Below, piece by piece: positions 40,567 to 52,199 of a DNA stretch of 64,000 nucleotides. The notes beneath the pieces were generated by a model. It did not search any database and had not been told where the DNA came from. It worked only from the letters and a program-made list of their open reading frames with translations. Numbering within the stretch: position 1 is the first letter of the stretch; each line of letters opens with the position of its first letter. Position numbers and translations under genes: made by a program. Source of the DNA: Candidatus Nitrospinota bacterium M3_3B_026 (GTDB lineage Bacteria; Nitrospinota_A; UBA7883; JBPRGF01); contig JBPRGF010000003.1 in assembly GCA_051418015.1 (NCBI GenBank), positions 160,001 through 224,000 on the forward strand, in the 5' to 3' direction.

Positions 40567-41356
40567 GATGCTCTCCCACGGGTTCATGCTCCGGGCCGTC
40601 GCGGCGGGGCTTGTCATGGGCGCGCCGCTGGCTGTCCTGTCGGTCATAGTCGTCTCCAAGAGGCTCTCCTTCATGGGAGTGGGGATATCCCACTCCGCCT
40701 TCGGCGGGCTTGCCCTGGGGGCCTTTTTCGGGGCGCCTCTTTCGCTTTCCGCCCTGGTCTTCGCGAGCCTGGTGGCTCTTCTCGTGGGGTGGCTGAGCAG
40801 AAGGGGGGGGGTACACGAGGACGTGAGCGTGGGGATAGTCTTCGCCGCGTCGATGGCCGTGGGGGTCGTGGCCCTGGGGCTGATGGAAGGCTACAACATC
40901 GACCTCTTCTCCTACCTTTTCGGCTCCATCCTCGCCGTCTTCTGGGGGGATCTCATCCTGGCCTCGGCGGTGTTCGCCGTGGTCGTCGGCCTGGTCTTTC
41001 TGCTGTTCAAGGAGTTCATGGCCTACTGCTTCGACGAGGAGTGGGCCCGCGTCAGCGGCGTGAACGTGGACAGGCTGGAGGACCTGCTGCTGGTCATGAT
41101 AGCGGTGACGGTGGTGGTGTCCATAAAGCTTCTGGGGGTGGTGCTGGTCTCGGCGCTGCTTGTCATCCCCGGCGCGGCCTCTTTCGTCCTGGCGGGAAGC
41201 TACAGGACGCAATACGCCTGGTCGGTGGGGTTGGCCCTTGTCAGCGTGCTGGCGGGGCTTTATCTTTCATACAGGTTCGACATCGCCTCCGGCGCCACGA
41301 TAGTCCTCTCCGCCACGGCGCTTTTCGTTCTCGCCACCCTCGCGCGGAAAGCTTGA
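40559..41356 (+). CDS. znuB: Zn/Mn ABC transporter permease
   Basis: SHSAFGG, YLFGSIL, LVSALLVIP, ASGATIV. Confidence 0.88.
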   Translation: MVEMLSHGFMLRAVAAGLVMGAPLAVLSVIVVSKRLSFMGVGISHSAFGGLALGAFFGAPLSLSALVFASLVALLVGWLSRRGGVHEDVSVGIVFAASMAVGVVALGLMEGYNIDLFSYLFGSILAVFWGDLILASAVFAVVVGLVFLLFKEFMAYCFDEEWARVSGVNVDRLEDLLLVMIAVTVVVSIKLLGVVLVSALLVIPGAASFVLAGSYRTQYAWSVGLALVSVLAGLYLSYRFDIASGATIVLSATALFVLATLARKA

Positions 41357-41454
41357 CGTGGCGGAATCAGGGTTTTATAAGGGATATACGCCCCACGGGG
41401 CCGCAAGAGAGGATATCGCGCATATGATTGAAATCGCAAGCCGTAGGAGGAGGC

Positions 41455-43374
<1,920 letters not shown>

Positions 43375-43415
43375 CCGCCCGGTTTTAAACGGACTGTTGA
43401 AAAACAGTTTTTTAT

Positions 43416-43493
43416 TGTCGCTCTGAGCGCCAGCGAAGCGTCTCGCGTCGAATGAGGCAAAAGAGATTCTTCGGCTGGCGCCTCAGAATGACA
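43416..43493. repeat. REPIN-like inverted pair of REP-like elements between convergent dnaK and pyrF
   Basis: TGTCGCTCTGAGCGCCAGCGAAGCGTCTC (43416-43444) and GAGATTCTTCGGCTGGCGCCTCAGAATGACA (43463-43493) are imperfect reverse complements. Confidence 0.8.
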
Positions 43494-43557
43494 CCGCCAT
43501 GCCCGGCGCGGAATTTTTCTCGTTGAGCGGGATCAGAAAATCCTCAGCCTGCCGCTT

Positions 43558-44289
43558 TCAGGCGGCCTCCATCTCCTCCAGAATCTTCCGGGCCGCGGCG
43601 GCCTGGTCGGCGGCTTCCAGTATCGGCCTTCCCACGACAAGAAAATCCGCCCCGTCACGGACCGCCCCGGCGGGAGTGGCGATCCTTTTCTGATCGCCCG
43701 CCGCCGCCCACTCAGGCCTCACGCCCGGGGTGACCGTCAGAAAATCCGGTCCCAGCCGCTCCTTTACCGCTTTCACCTCCCTGGCCGAGGCGACCACGCC
43801 GTCGAGCCCGGCCCGTTTTGCGAGCGCGGCAAGCTCCAGGACAACCTCCCCCGGCGCGCGGTCGATCCCCAGGCCGCGCAGGTCTTCCCTGCCCATGCTG
43901 GTCAGGACGGTGACGGCGACGACGAGCGGCTTTTTCAGGCCTTCCCGCTCACAATGCCCGGCCACGGATTCCACGGTCCTCCGCATCATCTCAAGCCCCC
44001 CCATGGCGTGGACGTTGAGCATGTCCACCCCCAGGGCGGCGGCGGCGCGGGCGGCGGCGGCGGCGGTGTTTGGTATGTCGTGAAACTTCAAGTCCAGGAA
44101 AACTTTCGCTCCGGCGCTCTTCAACTCCTCGACAACCCCCGGCCCGGCGGCGGTGAAAAGCTCGCTGCCCACCTTGAACCATCCCACCGTCCCCGAAAGT
44201 TTTTCCGCTGCGCTGCGCGCCTCGTCCGGCGTGGCGACGTCTAATGCGGCGATCAGGCGGTCCTTCGCGGCCTCTGCCTTATCACTCAC
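43558..44289 (-). CDS. pyrF: Orotidine-5'-phosphate decarboxylase
   Basis: FLDLKFHDIPNT, VTVLTS, TPGVRP, DQKR, VVGRPI. Confidence 0.97.
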   Translation of the reverse strand: MSDKAEAAKDRLIAALDVATPDEARSAAEKLSGTVGWFKVGSELFTAAGPGVVEELKSAGAKVFLDLKFHDIPNTAAAAARAAAALGVDMLNVHAMGGLEMMRRTVESVAGHCEREGLKKPLVVAVTVLTSMGREDLRGLGIDRAPGEVVLELAALAKRAGLDGVVASAREVKAVKERLGPDFLTVTPGVRPEWAAAGDQKRIATPAGAVRDGADFLVVGRPILEAADQAAAARKILEEMEAA

Positions 44290-45100
44290 CGTCCGCCTCC
44301 TCCAGGGCGGCGGGATGGACGAAGAAGCGGGCCGCCAGGATGCTGACCTCGTAGAGGAGGATCATCGGAACCGCCATCACCACCTGCGTGAAGACGTCCG
44401 GCGGGGTGAGCAGCGAGGCGAAGACGAAGCTGCCGACGATGAAGTATGGCCGTTTGCCCGCCAGCGTCTCCGGCGTGACCACGCCGAGCTTGACCAGGAA
44501 GACCAGGACTATAGGCAGCTCGAAGGTTATCCCGAAGGCTATGCTTATCTTGAACACGAACGATATGTAATTGCCCACCGAGATCATGGGCGAGAGGCCC
44601 TCCCCGCCGAAGTTGAGCAGGAAATCGAGCCCTAACGGCAAGACAACGAAGTAGCAGAAGGAGGCGCCGACGATGAAGAATATGGAGCCGAGGACCACGA
44701 ATACCCCCGTGTACCGTCTCTCCACGTCCAGAAGGCCCGGCGCGACGAACTCCCACGCCTGGTACAGGATCATCGGCATGGAGATGATGATGGCGCCGTA
44801 CAGGGATATCTTGAGGTAGACGAAAAAAGCCTCCGCGGGGGCTATGAATACAAGGTCCTGGCCCATCCCCATCGGCCTTCGCAGAAGCTGAAAAAGGCCG
44901 TCGGAGACGAAGTAGAGCGCGGCGAAGGCGGCGGCCACCGTCGCCAGGCCGTAGATGAGCCTCCAGCGAAGCTCCTCCAGATGCGCCGTGAAGGGGAGCC
45001 TGTCCTCCGGCCCCACCCGGCGGCGGGTCCCGCTTTTCGCGTAGGGGTCCTCTGTCTTTTCTTCGGCCTCTTTCGCTTCGCCCGTCTCTTTTTCGCTCAC
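44282..45100 (-). CDS. tatC: Twin-arginine translocase subunit TatC
   Basis: HLEELRWRL, YQAWEFVAPGL, FELP, LTPPDVFTQ. Confidence 0.96.
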   Translation of the reverse strand: MSEKETGEAKEAEEKTEDPYAKSGTRRRVGPEDRLPFTAHLEELRWRLIYGLATVAAAFAALYFVSDGLFQLLRRPMGMGQDLVFIAPAEAFFVYLKISLYGAIIISMPMILYQAWEFVAPGLLDVERRYTGVFVVLGSIFFIVGASFCYFVVLPLGLDFLLNFGGEGLSPMISVGNYISFVFKISIAFGITFELPIVLVFLVKLGVVTPETLAGKRPYFIVGSFVFASLLTPPDVFTQVVMAVPMILLYEVSILAARFFVHPAALEEADGE

Positions 45101-45179
45101 TGTCGTGTCCCAGGTTTTGAAATTTTAAATTATAGCAAGCAACACCGGTTTAATGAGCGATCGCACCGCCGGGACGGGG

Positions 45180-45998
45180 TCATGCCGTCTCCAGCAGCTC
45201 ACGCAGCTTCATGGCGTTGGAGACGGCGGAGCCCTGGAAGTGATTGTTGAAGAAGATGAGCGTCTGTTCGGCCTCCGCGGCGAGCTTGCGTATAGGGGGC
45301 AGAAAGCGGCGCAGCTCCTCGTCCGTGTAGCGGTAGTCATAGCGAACCGTCGAGGGGACGTTGAACCAGCGCCTGTTGCGCCCATGGAAGCGGAAGTAGG
45401 CCAGGGGCGAGGTGACCACGGGCGTGAAAGGGCTCAGCCCCGGCAGGTCCGGCTCGTCCACGACGCAGTAGGCGGCGCCAAGCTCCCGGAGCGTGTTGAA
45501 GACGGACTGGGCCACCCAGCCGGAGTTGCGAAACTCTACGGCCAGCCGGACGGACCGCATCGCCTCCGCGAGCCATCGCAGGTGGGCCATGGAGTTCTCG
45601 TCGCGCCGGAACTTCATGGGAAACTGGGCCAGGACGCATTTGAGCCTGCCGCTCTCAATCATCGGACGCAGGCCGCCCAGAAAGGTTTCCACGGCGCCCT
45701 CGTCCCTCAAAAAAGCCCCGTCGGCGCCGCGTATCCTATGGGTCAGCGACCCGCTCACCTTCACCACGAACTCAAAATCCTCCGGGACGCTTTTCAGGAG
45801 CCCCTCCACGCTTTTGGCCGAGGGCATGGTGTAGTAGGTGTAGTTCAGCTCCACCACGTCGAACCCCAGGTCCCGCGCGTAATAGGAGAGCATGTCGCTC
45901 TTCTTTGTCCCCTTCGGGTAGACCGTCCCCACCCAGTCCTCGTAGGAGAAACCCGATGTGCCTATCCTGATATTGAGGTCCGTGTTCCTGACGCGCAT
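45180..45998 (-). CDS. DUF72 family protein
   Basis: IGTSGFSYEDWVG, VELNYTYY, VEFRN, YFRFHGRN, YDYRY, FFNNH. Confidence 0.92.
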   Translation of the reverse strand: MRVRNTDLNIRIGTSGFSYEDWVGTVYPKGTKKSDMLSYYARDLGFDVVELNYTYYTMPSAKSVEGLLKSVPEDFEFVVKVSGSLTHRIRGADGAFLRDEGAVETFLGGLRPMIESGRLKCVLAQFPMKFRRDENSMAHLRWLAEAMRSVRLAVEFRNSGWVAQSVFNTLRELGAAYCVVDEPDLPGLSPFTPVVTSPLAYFRFHGRNRRWFNVPSTVRYDYRYTDEELRRFLPPIRKLAAEAEQTLIFFNNHFQGSAVSNAMKLRELLETA

Positions 45999-46062
45999 CC
46001 TGAGAAGCTTAGCAGAACAGCCCGCCGATGGGGAGCGGCCTTTTTCGCTGACCCGGCGCCCG

Positions 46063-46893
46063 TCAGCGCGCCGTTCGGCCCAGCGCCTCGTTCATGGCGC
46101 CGGTCCTGTAGCCGAGGATATCGACGGCGGTGTATAGAAAACCGGCTTCTTTCATAGCCGCGTGGATGCGCTCCGCCATCGCGGGCTCGACGGCGCGCGG
46201 GATATCCTCCGGCGAAAGCTCTATCCTGATAACGTCGCCGTGGTGGCGGGCGCGAAGCTGGGTGAAGCCCATACCCCGCAGGGCCTCCTCGGCGGCCTCC
46301 ACCATCGAAAGTTTCTGAGGTGTGATCCGGCTGCCGTAGGGAAAACGGGAGGCCAGGCAGGCGAACGCGGGCTTGTCCCACGTCGGCAGCCCCATGCGCC
46401 TCGAAAGCTCGCGGATATCGTTTTTCGTGAGCCCCGCCTCCTTGAGCGGGCTTTTGACGCCCAGCTCCTCGGCGGCCTTCGAGCCCGGGCGGAAATCGCG
46501 GGCGTCGTCTGCGTTGGCGCCATCGTAGACGACGTTAAATCCTTCATTTTCCGCGAGTTGAACAAGCTTCCTGAAAAGCTCCCCCTTGCAGTGGTAGCAT
46601 CTGTCCGGCGGGTTTTCGGCGTAGCCTTCGATCTCCAGCTCCTCGGAGTCTATCACCCTATGCTCCGCCCCGATAAGCTTCGCGATCCGGACGGCCTCTT
46701 CGAGTTCCCTGGCCGGGTAGGTCGAAGACCGCGCCGTGACGGCCAGGACGCGTCCGCCGGTCTTTTCCATCACGCCGTGGAGGATTTTCAGCAGAAAAGA
46801 GCTGTCCACCCCGCCGGAGAAAGCCAGGACGCAGGATCCCGCCGCCGCGGCCCATTCGGCCAACGTGTCCAGCTTCGCTTCTAAAATATTCAT
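46063..46893 (-). CDS. larE: LarE-family ATP-dependent sulfur transferase (PP-loop)
   Basis: AFSGGVDS, DRCYHCK, DDARDFRPG, WDKPAFACLASRFPYG, GAMN. Confidence 0.9.
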   Translation of the reverse strand: MNILEAKLDTLAEWAAAAGSCVLAFSGGVDSSFLLKILHGVMEKTGGRVLAVTARSSTYPARELEEAVRIAKLIGAEHRVIDSEELEIEGYAENPPDRCYHCKGELFRKLVQLAENEGFNVVYDGANADDARDFRPGSKAAEELGVKSPLKEAGLTKNDIRELSRRMGLPTWDKPAFACLASRFPYGSRITPQKLSMVEAAEEALRGMGFTQLRARHHGDVIRIELSPEDIPRAVEPAMAERIHAAMKEAGFLYTAVDILGYRTGAMNEALGRTAR

Positions 46894-47016
46894 TGTCAAA
46901 GGCATGTTTCCAGAATAAAATCTTTCCTTGGTAGTATAGCTTATTATGATCTGAGCGCCCTCGATCATTCCGCGGGGAAAGAAGTTGGGGCAAATCACGG
47001 GGCTTTCAAGTCGAAA

Positions 47017-48213
47017 ATGGCGCTGCAGGGGTCTTTCGAGACTTTTCCGCTCACGGATATCTTCCAGATGCTGGGGATGCAACAGAAGACGGGCGTTCTG
47101 ACGATCACCCACGGCTCGCGCGTCTCGAAGATACACTTTTTCAGGGGATGTGTCACCCAGGCGACCGAAAACAGGGTCGAAACTGACAGCATGCTGGGCA
47201 AGATACTCGTCAAGTCCGGCCTGATAACCCCCGATGTCCTGATGGACGCCCTCAACGTCCAGCGGCGGGAGAACCGCAGACTGGGCGAGATACTCGTGGA
47301 GAAGGGGTCAATAGACTCCCAGATACTCAAAAACCTCCTGCAGACCCAGATGACCCAGGTGGTGTACAAACTCTTCAATCTGAACAAGGGCGCCTATTCG
47401 TTCGACCCCGCGGCTGAGGTTGTGGTGGAGGAGGACAGCTTCCACCCCGTCCCCGCCGACCATCTGCTCCTGGAAGGGGTGAGGCTGGTGGACGAGTGGC
47501 CGATGATCCTGAGGACCATAAGCTCGCTGAACATGGTCTTCAGGGTGAAAGGCGGCGTGGGCAAGGACGCCGCTTTCACCCTCGGGCCGCAGGAGCGGCA
47601 GGTGTTCGAGCATATAAATGGAAGGAACTCCGTTCAGGAGATCGTCTACAAGACGCTGTTTTCGGAGTTCGACGTCTGCAAGGCCCTGTACAACATGCTC
47701 CAGGAGGGGATCATTGAGGAGGATGTCCAGGCGGCCAAGAAGAACGTCTTCAACGTCGATTTCGTGAACCCCTTCCTCCAGGCCACCACGGAGACCATCG
47801 AGACCATGTGCGGCATCGCCATAACCGCCGGGAAGCCGCGCCTCAAGAAGCCGCTGGAGCTTGCGCGGGGGGACGTTTCCGGCGTGATAGACCTCAACGG
47901 CGAGAAAAGGGGCGTGTTCGCCATAACCTTCACCAAGCAGTGCGCCCTGAGCGTGGTAAACAACATGCTGGGCTCGAAGTCCAGCTACATCGACACGCAG
48001 GTCCGCGACGCCATCGGCGAGCTGACCAACATCATCGCCGGCGGAGGCAGGCGAAAGCTGGCCGACCGGGGGTTCATCTTCTCCGCGTCCATCCCGACGA
48101 TCATAACCGGCGAGCGCCACTACGTGGAGCACAAGATCGACGGCCCATGCATCATGATCCCGTTCACGACCGATTTCGGCCCCTTCACCACCGAGGTCAG
48201 CCTCCAGCGGTAG
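47017..48213 (+). CDS. DUF4388-domain protein fused to C-terminal CheX phosphatase
   Basis: N-terminal MALQGSFETFPLTDIFQML..KTGVL; C-terminal VNPFL, DVSGVI, DAIGELTNIIAG, PTIITG. Confidence 0.85.
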   Translation: MALQGSFETFPLTDIFQMLGMQQKTGVLTITHGSRVSKIHFFRGCVTQATENRVETDSMLGKILVKSGLITPDVLMDALNVQRRENRRLGEILVEKGSIDSQILKNLLQTQMTQVVYKLFNLNKGAYSFDPAAEVVVEEDSFHPVPADHLLLEGVRLVDEWPMILRTISSLNMVFRVKGGVGKDAAFTLGPQERQVFEHINGRNSVQEIVYKTLFSEFDVCKALYNMLQEGIIEEDVQAAKKNVFNVDFVNPFLQATTETIETMCGIAITAGKPRLKKPLELARGDVSGVIDLNGEKRGVFAITFTKQCALSVVNNMLGSKSSYIDTQVRDAIGELTNIIAGGGRRKLADRGFIFSASIPTIITGERHYVEHKIDGPCIMIPFTTDFGPFTTEVSLQR

Positions 48214-48230
48214 CCTCCGAGAGAGCCGCC

Positions 48231-48518
48231 ATGCCTACGCCCATCACCGTGACCGGCGTCCGTCTCTATCCCTTCGACACCAGCGCCTCCGGGGGCAGAA
48301 CCCTCGCCGTGGCGGACGTGACGCTGAACGGGGCCATCCTCATCAAGGGCTTTCATGTCGTGGAGGGCCGTGGCGGGGGGCTTTTCGTTGGCTTTCCGGC
48401 GGTGAAGGGAAAAGACGGCCGGTGGCGCGATATGGTGATCCCACTGGACAGAGGGACGCGGGACCTTATCCGCGACAGGGTTATAGAGGCCTACAAGTCC
48501 GGCGTGGAGGAGGGATAG
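48231..48518 (+). CDS. spoVG: SpoVG family nucleic-acid-binding protein
   Basis: ITVTGVRL, ADVTLNG.ILIKG..VVEG..GLFVGFP, DMVIP, VIEAY. Confidence 0.88.
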   Translation: MPTPITVTGVRLYPFDTSASGGRTLAVADVTLNGAILIKGFHVVEGRGGGLFVGFPAVKGKDGRWRDMVIPLDRGTRDLIRDRVIEAYKSGVEEG

Positions 48519-48538
48519 GGGGCGGCGCGAGCCAACGT

Positions 48539-48576
48539 TGTCATCCTGAACGAGCGAAGCGAGCCTCGGGACGACA
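48539..48576. repeat. REP-like hairpin copy
   Basis: TGTCATCCTGA-ACGAGCGAAGCGAGCC-TCGGGACGACA. Confidence 0.65.
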
Positions 48577-48655
48577 AAACAGCGAAGCGTGGAGGTTATT
48601 CAAAACTCTCGTTTTTCGCTGAAATAACCCCGCCCGTCCTGCTAATCTGGAAGGC

Positions 48656-49612
48656 ATGGGAGGAGACTACAGGCCCGGGGCCGCGGCGAACGGAAAGGTG
48701 GACGCGCTCCTTTTCTGCGGCGATGCTGGCGCGAGCAGAGCGATCGAGGGAAAGAGCAAAGCCTACCTGGCCATCGATGGCGTACCGCTCTTCGTCTACG
48801 TCCTGCGAGCCCTGGACGGCGTGGAGCGGATACGCCGTGTTTTCATGGTCGGCGACAAAAGGCGCCTCGACGCGGACCTTTCCATCGCAGGCCCCATCGA
48901 AAAACCCGTGGTCACCATCGAGCAGGGGGCGGGCCTGCTGGAGAACGCCTGGAAGGGTTTTCTGGCTTCGCTGGACGGATACACGCCCGGAGCGGAGCGG
49001 GAGAACCAGGACTTCAAAAACCGCGTGATATTCGCCCTGGGGGCGGACTCCCCCCTGATAACCGCTGCGGAGATCGGCGAGTTTTTCGACAGGGCGGACA
49101 TGAGCCGGTATGACTACGTGGCCGGGCTCACACCGAAGGAGGCGCTGGACAGGTTCCGCCCGCGCGGCGGCAGGCCGGGGATAAAGATGGCCTACTTCCA
49201 CGTCCGGGAGGGGCTTTTCAGGATAAACAACATGCACATGGCCCGGCCCTTCGCCTTCGCCGTGACGGCGCCTGTGCAGATGATTTACAACCATCGCTAC
49301 CAGAAGAAGATAAGAAACATCATCCGGTTGTTCATGGGGTTTCTCGCCCCCAACGCCGGGTGGTCGAAGCTGCGGCTCTACCTTCTCATGCAGGCGGCCA
49401 TGTTCTCGAGGAACATCGGGCTGCCCGGCCTGGCGGACAGGATCAGGCGGCGCGTCCCCATCGATGAGGTCATGGAGGCGGTGGGGGACGTGCTGGGCCT
49501 GCGGGCGGGTTACGCCGTGACGAAGCAGGGCGGGGCGGCGCTGGACATAGATAACGAAAAAGATTACATTGCTATGAAGCGGATGTTCGCCGAATGGAAA
49601 ACGGCGCGGTAA
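48656..49612 (+). CDS. MobA/IspD-like nucleotidyltransferase family protein
   Basis: SKAYLAIDGVPLF.YVLRAL, GADSPLIT, C-terminal LDIDNEKDY. Confidence 0.75.
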   Translation: MGGDYRPGAAANGKVDALLFCGDAGASRAIEGKSKAYLAIDGVPLFVYVLRALDGVERIRRVFMVGDKRRLDADLSIAGPIEKPVVTIEQGAGLLENAWKGFLASLDGYTPGAERENQDFKNRVIFALGADSPLITAAEIGEFFDRADMSRYDYVAGLTPKEALDRFRPRGGRPGIKMAYFHVREGLFRINNMHMARPFAFAVTAPVQMIYNHRYQKKIRNIIRLFMGFLAPNAGWSKLRLYLLMQAAMFSRNIGLPGLADRIRRRVPIDEVMEAVGDVLGLRAGYAVTKQGGAALDIDNEKDYIAMKRMFAEWKTAR

Positions 49613-49632
49613 GAACGGAACAGACGACAAAA

Positions 49633-50523
49633 ATGCCGAAACACATCTTTCGGCTCGCGGTTATATTGACGATCGCGGGCATTCTCCTGCCCGATGGCGC
49701 CCTGGCCTGGGGCGCAGGCGTACACGTCGCACAGGGCAGCTTTATCCTGGACAACCTCCACATGATAAAGCCCCAGATAGCGTCCGTCCTCGCGGCGCAC
49801 CCGCTGGACTACATCTACGGCTGCATCAGCGCGGACATCTTCATCGGCAAGGGATACAGAAGGCGCGACGACCACTGCCACAACTGGAGCATCGGAATGA
49901 AGGTGCTGGCGGACTCCTCCGACGGGCCCACCACGGCCTACGCCTACGGCTATCTTTCCCACCTCGCCGCGGACGTCATCGCTCACAACTATTTCATACC
50001 GAACCTGCTATACTCCACCCCAACCACCAAGGGGCTGGGGCACGTCTACTGGGAGTTCCGGGCGGACAGGTTCATAAGCAGAAAACACTGGTCGCTGGCA
50101 TCGAAGGTGGTGAACATGCATAACCACGGCAATGACACGCTCATCAAAAAAGTGATGAAGCGCAGCAGGCTGCGGTTCGGCGCGAAGAAGATGGTCTTCA
50201 AGCGGGCCGTGCGCCTTTCCGACCTGATCGTGTGGAAAGAGCACGTGGAGCATGCGCGCAACGGCTGGAGGGTGACGAGGGACGACGTGGTGCGGCTGAA
50301 CAACCACTCGCTGAACCTCGTCGTGGACCTGCTGCTCAATGAGGGCCACGCCGAATGCCTCAGGCACGACCCCGTGGGGACGGACAACACGATCGAGGCG
50401 AAGGTTATGAGGAAGACGGATATCCTCTCGGCCCGCGGAATAGGGAAGGACAGGCTGGTTTTCGAGATGCCTGAAAGCCTGAAGTCCTTGAATTACGTGG
50501 ACCACGAGACGGTCAGGATATAA
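49633..50523 (+). CDS. Zinc-dependent phospholipase C family protein
   Basis: Signal peptide then WGAGVH; GCISAD, HCH, GYLSHLAADVIAHN, HVYWEFRAD. Confidence 0.85.
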   Translation: MPKHIFRLAVILTIAGILLPDGALAWGAGVHVAQGSFILDNLHMIKPQIASVLAAHPLDYIYGCISADIFIGKGYRRRDDHCHNWSIGMKVLADSSDGPTTAYAYGYLSHLAADVIAHNYFIPNLLYSTPTTKGLGHVYWEFRADRFISRKHWSLASKVVNMHNHGNDTLIKKVMKRSRLRFGAKKMVFKRAVRLSDLIVWKEHVEHARNGWRVTRDDVVRLNNHSLNLVVDLLLNEGHAECLRHDPVGTDNTIEAKVMRKTDILSARGIGKDRLVFEMPESLKSLNYVDHETVRI

Positions 50524-51586
50524 GCTTTTCGAGTCTTTCCGTCCGCTCCGTGACAAGCCGTGGGTTGATCCTCGACAAAGTCTCGGCGAAAGCCTCCCGC
50601 GCCCCGGCCTCGTCGCCCATCCTCAGGGCGGAGAGCCCCTCCCGGTACGGCGGGAAATAGTCGAGCGGGGCCATCCGCCCGGCCTCGGCGAAAGCCTCCC
50701 GCGCCTCGGAGATTTTTTTGCTCATCCAGAAAATCTCGCCACGGCGCTTGAGCAGGGATGGGTCCCGGGTCTCCCCCAAAGCCCTTTCCAGCCGGTCCAG
50801 AAATTCCGCCGCCTTTTCCGGCCCACCTTTCTCCAGGTGATATTCGGCGAGGGATTCGAGCGCTTCGGGGTTATCCGGGTCGATCTTGAGCGCCTTTTCG
50901 AAAAACTCCGCCGCCTCGTCCATCCTGCCGAGTCCGGCGAGCCTGTCGCCCTCGGTTATGTTCCGGTAAAGGGCGCGTTTTTCAGGATCGGCCATGTTCA
51001 ACACGAGGTTCAGGGCGTGGGAGAGCGCCCAGGAGGCCCACACCGCGGCGTCGTCCAGCCTGTCCAGCAGCCAGCCTGCAGGGCCTTTCAGCCGCTCCTC
51101 GCGCTCGGCGGCGCCCATGTCCCGCGCGTCCATGGCGTGTATGGCCCTCTCCACCTCCAGAAGCGCCAGCGCCTGGACGCGCGTCACGGCGGAGGGGACG
51201 GCGCCCGCCGCGCGGGGCAGGGCTCCGGTTTCGCCCCCCCTCGCGGCGATGACGGCGGAGAGCGCCATGGCGGAATGGTTCCCCGGCGCAAGCCTCAGCG
51301 CCTCCGTCACGGCCTTTTCCGCCTTCACAAGCTCGCCCCGCTCGAGGGCGGCGAGGGCGAGGAAAAAGGGCGCGGCGCGGTTTCCGGGATCTGCCTCCAT
51401 GGCCTTCTCAAAGTCGGCGATGGCGCCCGTGAGCAGACCTTTGCGGATGAATATCCTGGGATCCGGCTTCACGCCCCGCGCCGCCTCGGTCAGGAGGCCG
51501 GCCGCCTCATCGCGCCGTCCCGCCGCGGCCAGTCTCGCCGCCTTTCGCATGGCCGGGGCCGGGCTTGCGGACATGGGGGAGGTCAC
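50513..51586 (-). CDS. Tetratricopeptide repeat protein
   Basis: FEKALKIDPDNPEAL and other TPR-like motifs; overlaps the stop of the upstream cNMP gene. Confidence 0.75.
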   Translation of the reverse strand: MTSPMSASPAPAMRKAARLAAAGRRDEAAGLLTEAARGVKPDPRIFIRKGLLTGAIADFEKAMEADPGNRAAPFFLALAALERGELVKAEKAVTEALRLAPGNHSAMALSAVIAARGGETGALPRAAGAVPSAVTRVQALALLEVERAIHAMDARDMGAAEREERLKGPAGWLLDRLDDAAVWASWALSHALNLVLNMADPEKRALYRNITEGDRLAGLGRMDEAAEFFEKALKIDPDNPEALESLAEYHLEKGGPEKAAEFLDRLERALGETRDPSLLKRRGEIFWMSKKISEAREAFAEAGRMAPLDYFPPYREGLSALRMGDEAGAREAFAETLSRINPRLVTERTERLEKLIS

Positions 51587-52041
51587 CAGATGAGCTGGCT
51601 GCTCATCTCGGAGTTGGCGAAACGTATCCTGGCGCAGAGCTGGACGGCGATGTTTTTCATTATGGTGTAGCCGAGCCTGGGATCGGCCTCCATCAGCTTC
51701 TTCATTCTCTCGTAGGGGAGCATGAGCAGGCGCGCCTTCTCGCTGGCCGTGACGTTGGCGGAGCGGCGGGAGCCGTCCACGAAGGAGAACTCCCCCACAA
51801 CGCCCCTGTTCTTGAGAAGCTGCAGGCGGGGGACGCTGATGTCGGAGGAGTATCTTTGTATCTCGATCGTCACCCAGCCGTCCACCAGTATGAAAATGTC
51901 GCGGGTGGTGTCGTCCTCCCTGATGATGGAGTCGCCCCCGTCGTACTCTTTGACGACGGATATGGAAGCAAGTTTCTCCACTTGCTCAGGGCCGAGGTCC
52001 CTGGCCAGCTCGCAACCGGTTAAAACCTTCGCCTTGTCCAC
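51583..52041 (-). CDS. Stand-alone cyclic nucleotide-binding domain protein
   Basis: IIREDD, IFILVDGWV, GEFSFVDGSRRSANV. Confidence 0.88.
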   Translation of the reverse strand: MDKAKVLTGCELARDLGPEQVEKLASISVVKEYDGGDSIIREDDTTRDIFILVDGWVTIEIQRYSSDISVPRLQLLKNRGVVGEFSFVDGSRRSANVTASEKARLLMLPYERMKKLMEADPRLGYTIMKNIAVQLCARIRFANSEMSSQLIW

Positions 52042-52130
52042 CCTCGCCTCCAGTCTCCAGGACGATCACAGAATTATAACAGACAGGCGCCGCTACCATC
52101 TTTAGAAGGCCCCTGGGCTGGGTCCGACAC

Positions 52131-52159
52131 GAGATCCTTCGCTGGCGCTCAGGATGACA
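52131..52159. repeat. REP-like element (cleanest copy)
   Basis: GAGATCCTTCGCTGGCGCTCAGGATGACA, downstream of rplI. Confidence 0.75.
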
Positions 52160-52199
52160 CGGAAAATACGGGCGCCTTCCCCGGTGGCGCTTGCGTTCT

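Noticed and set aside
46063..46893. larE as evidence of a lactate racemase cofactor operon
   Set aside because: No larA, larB or larC in the window; stand-alone LarE homologs are common.
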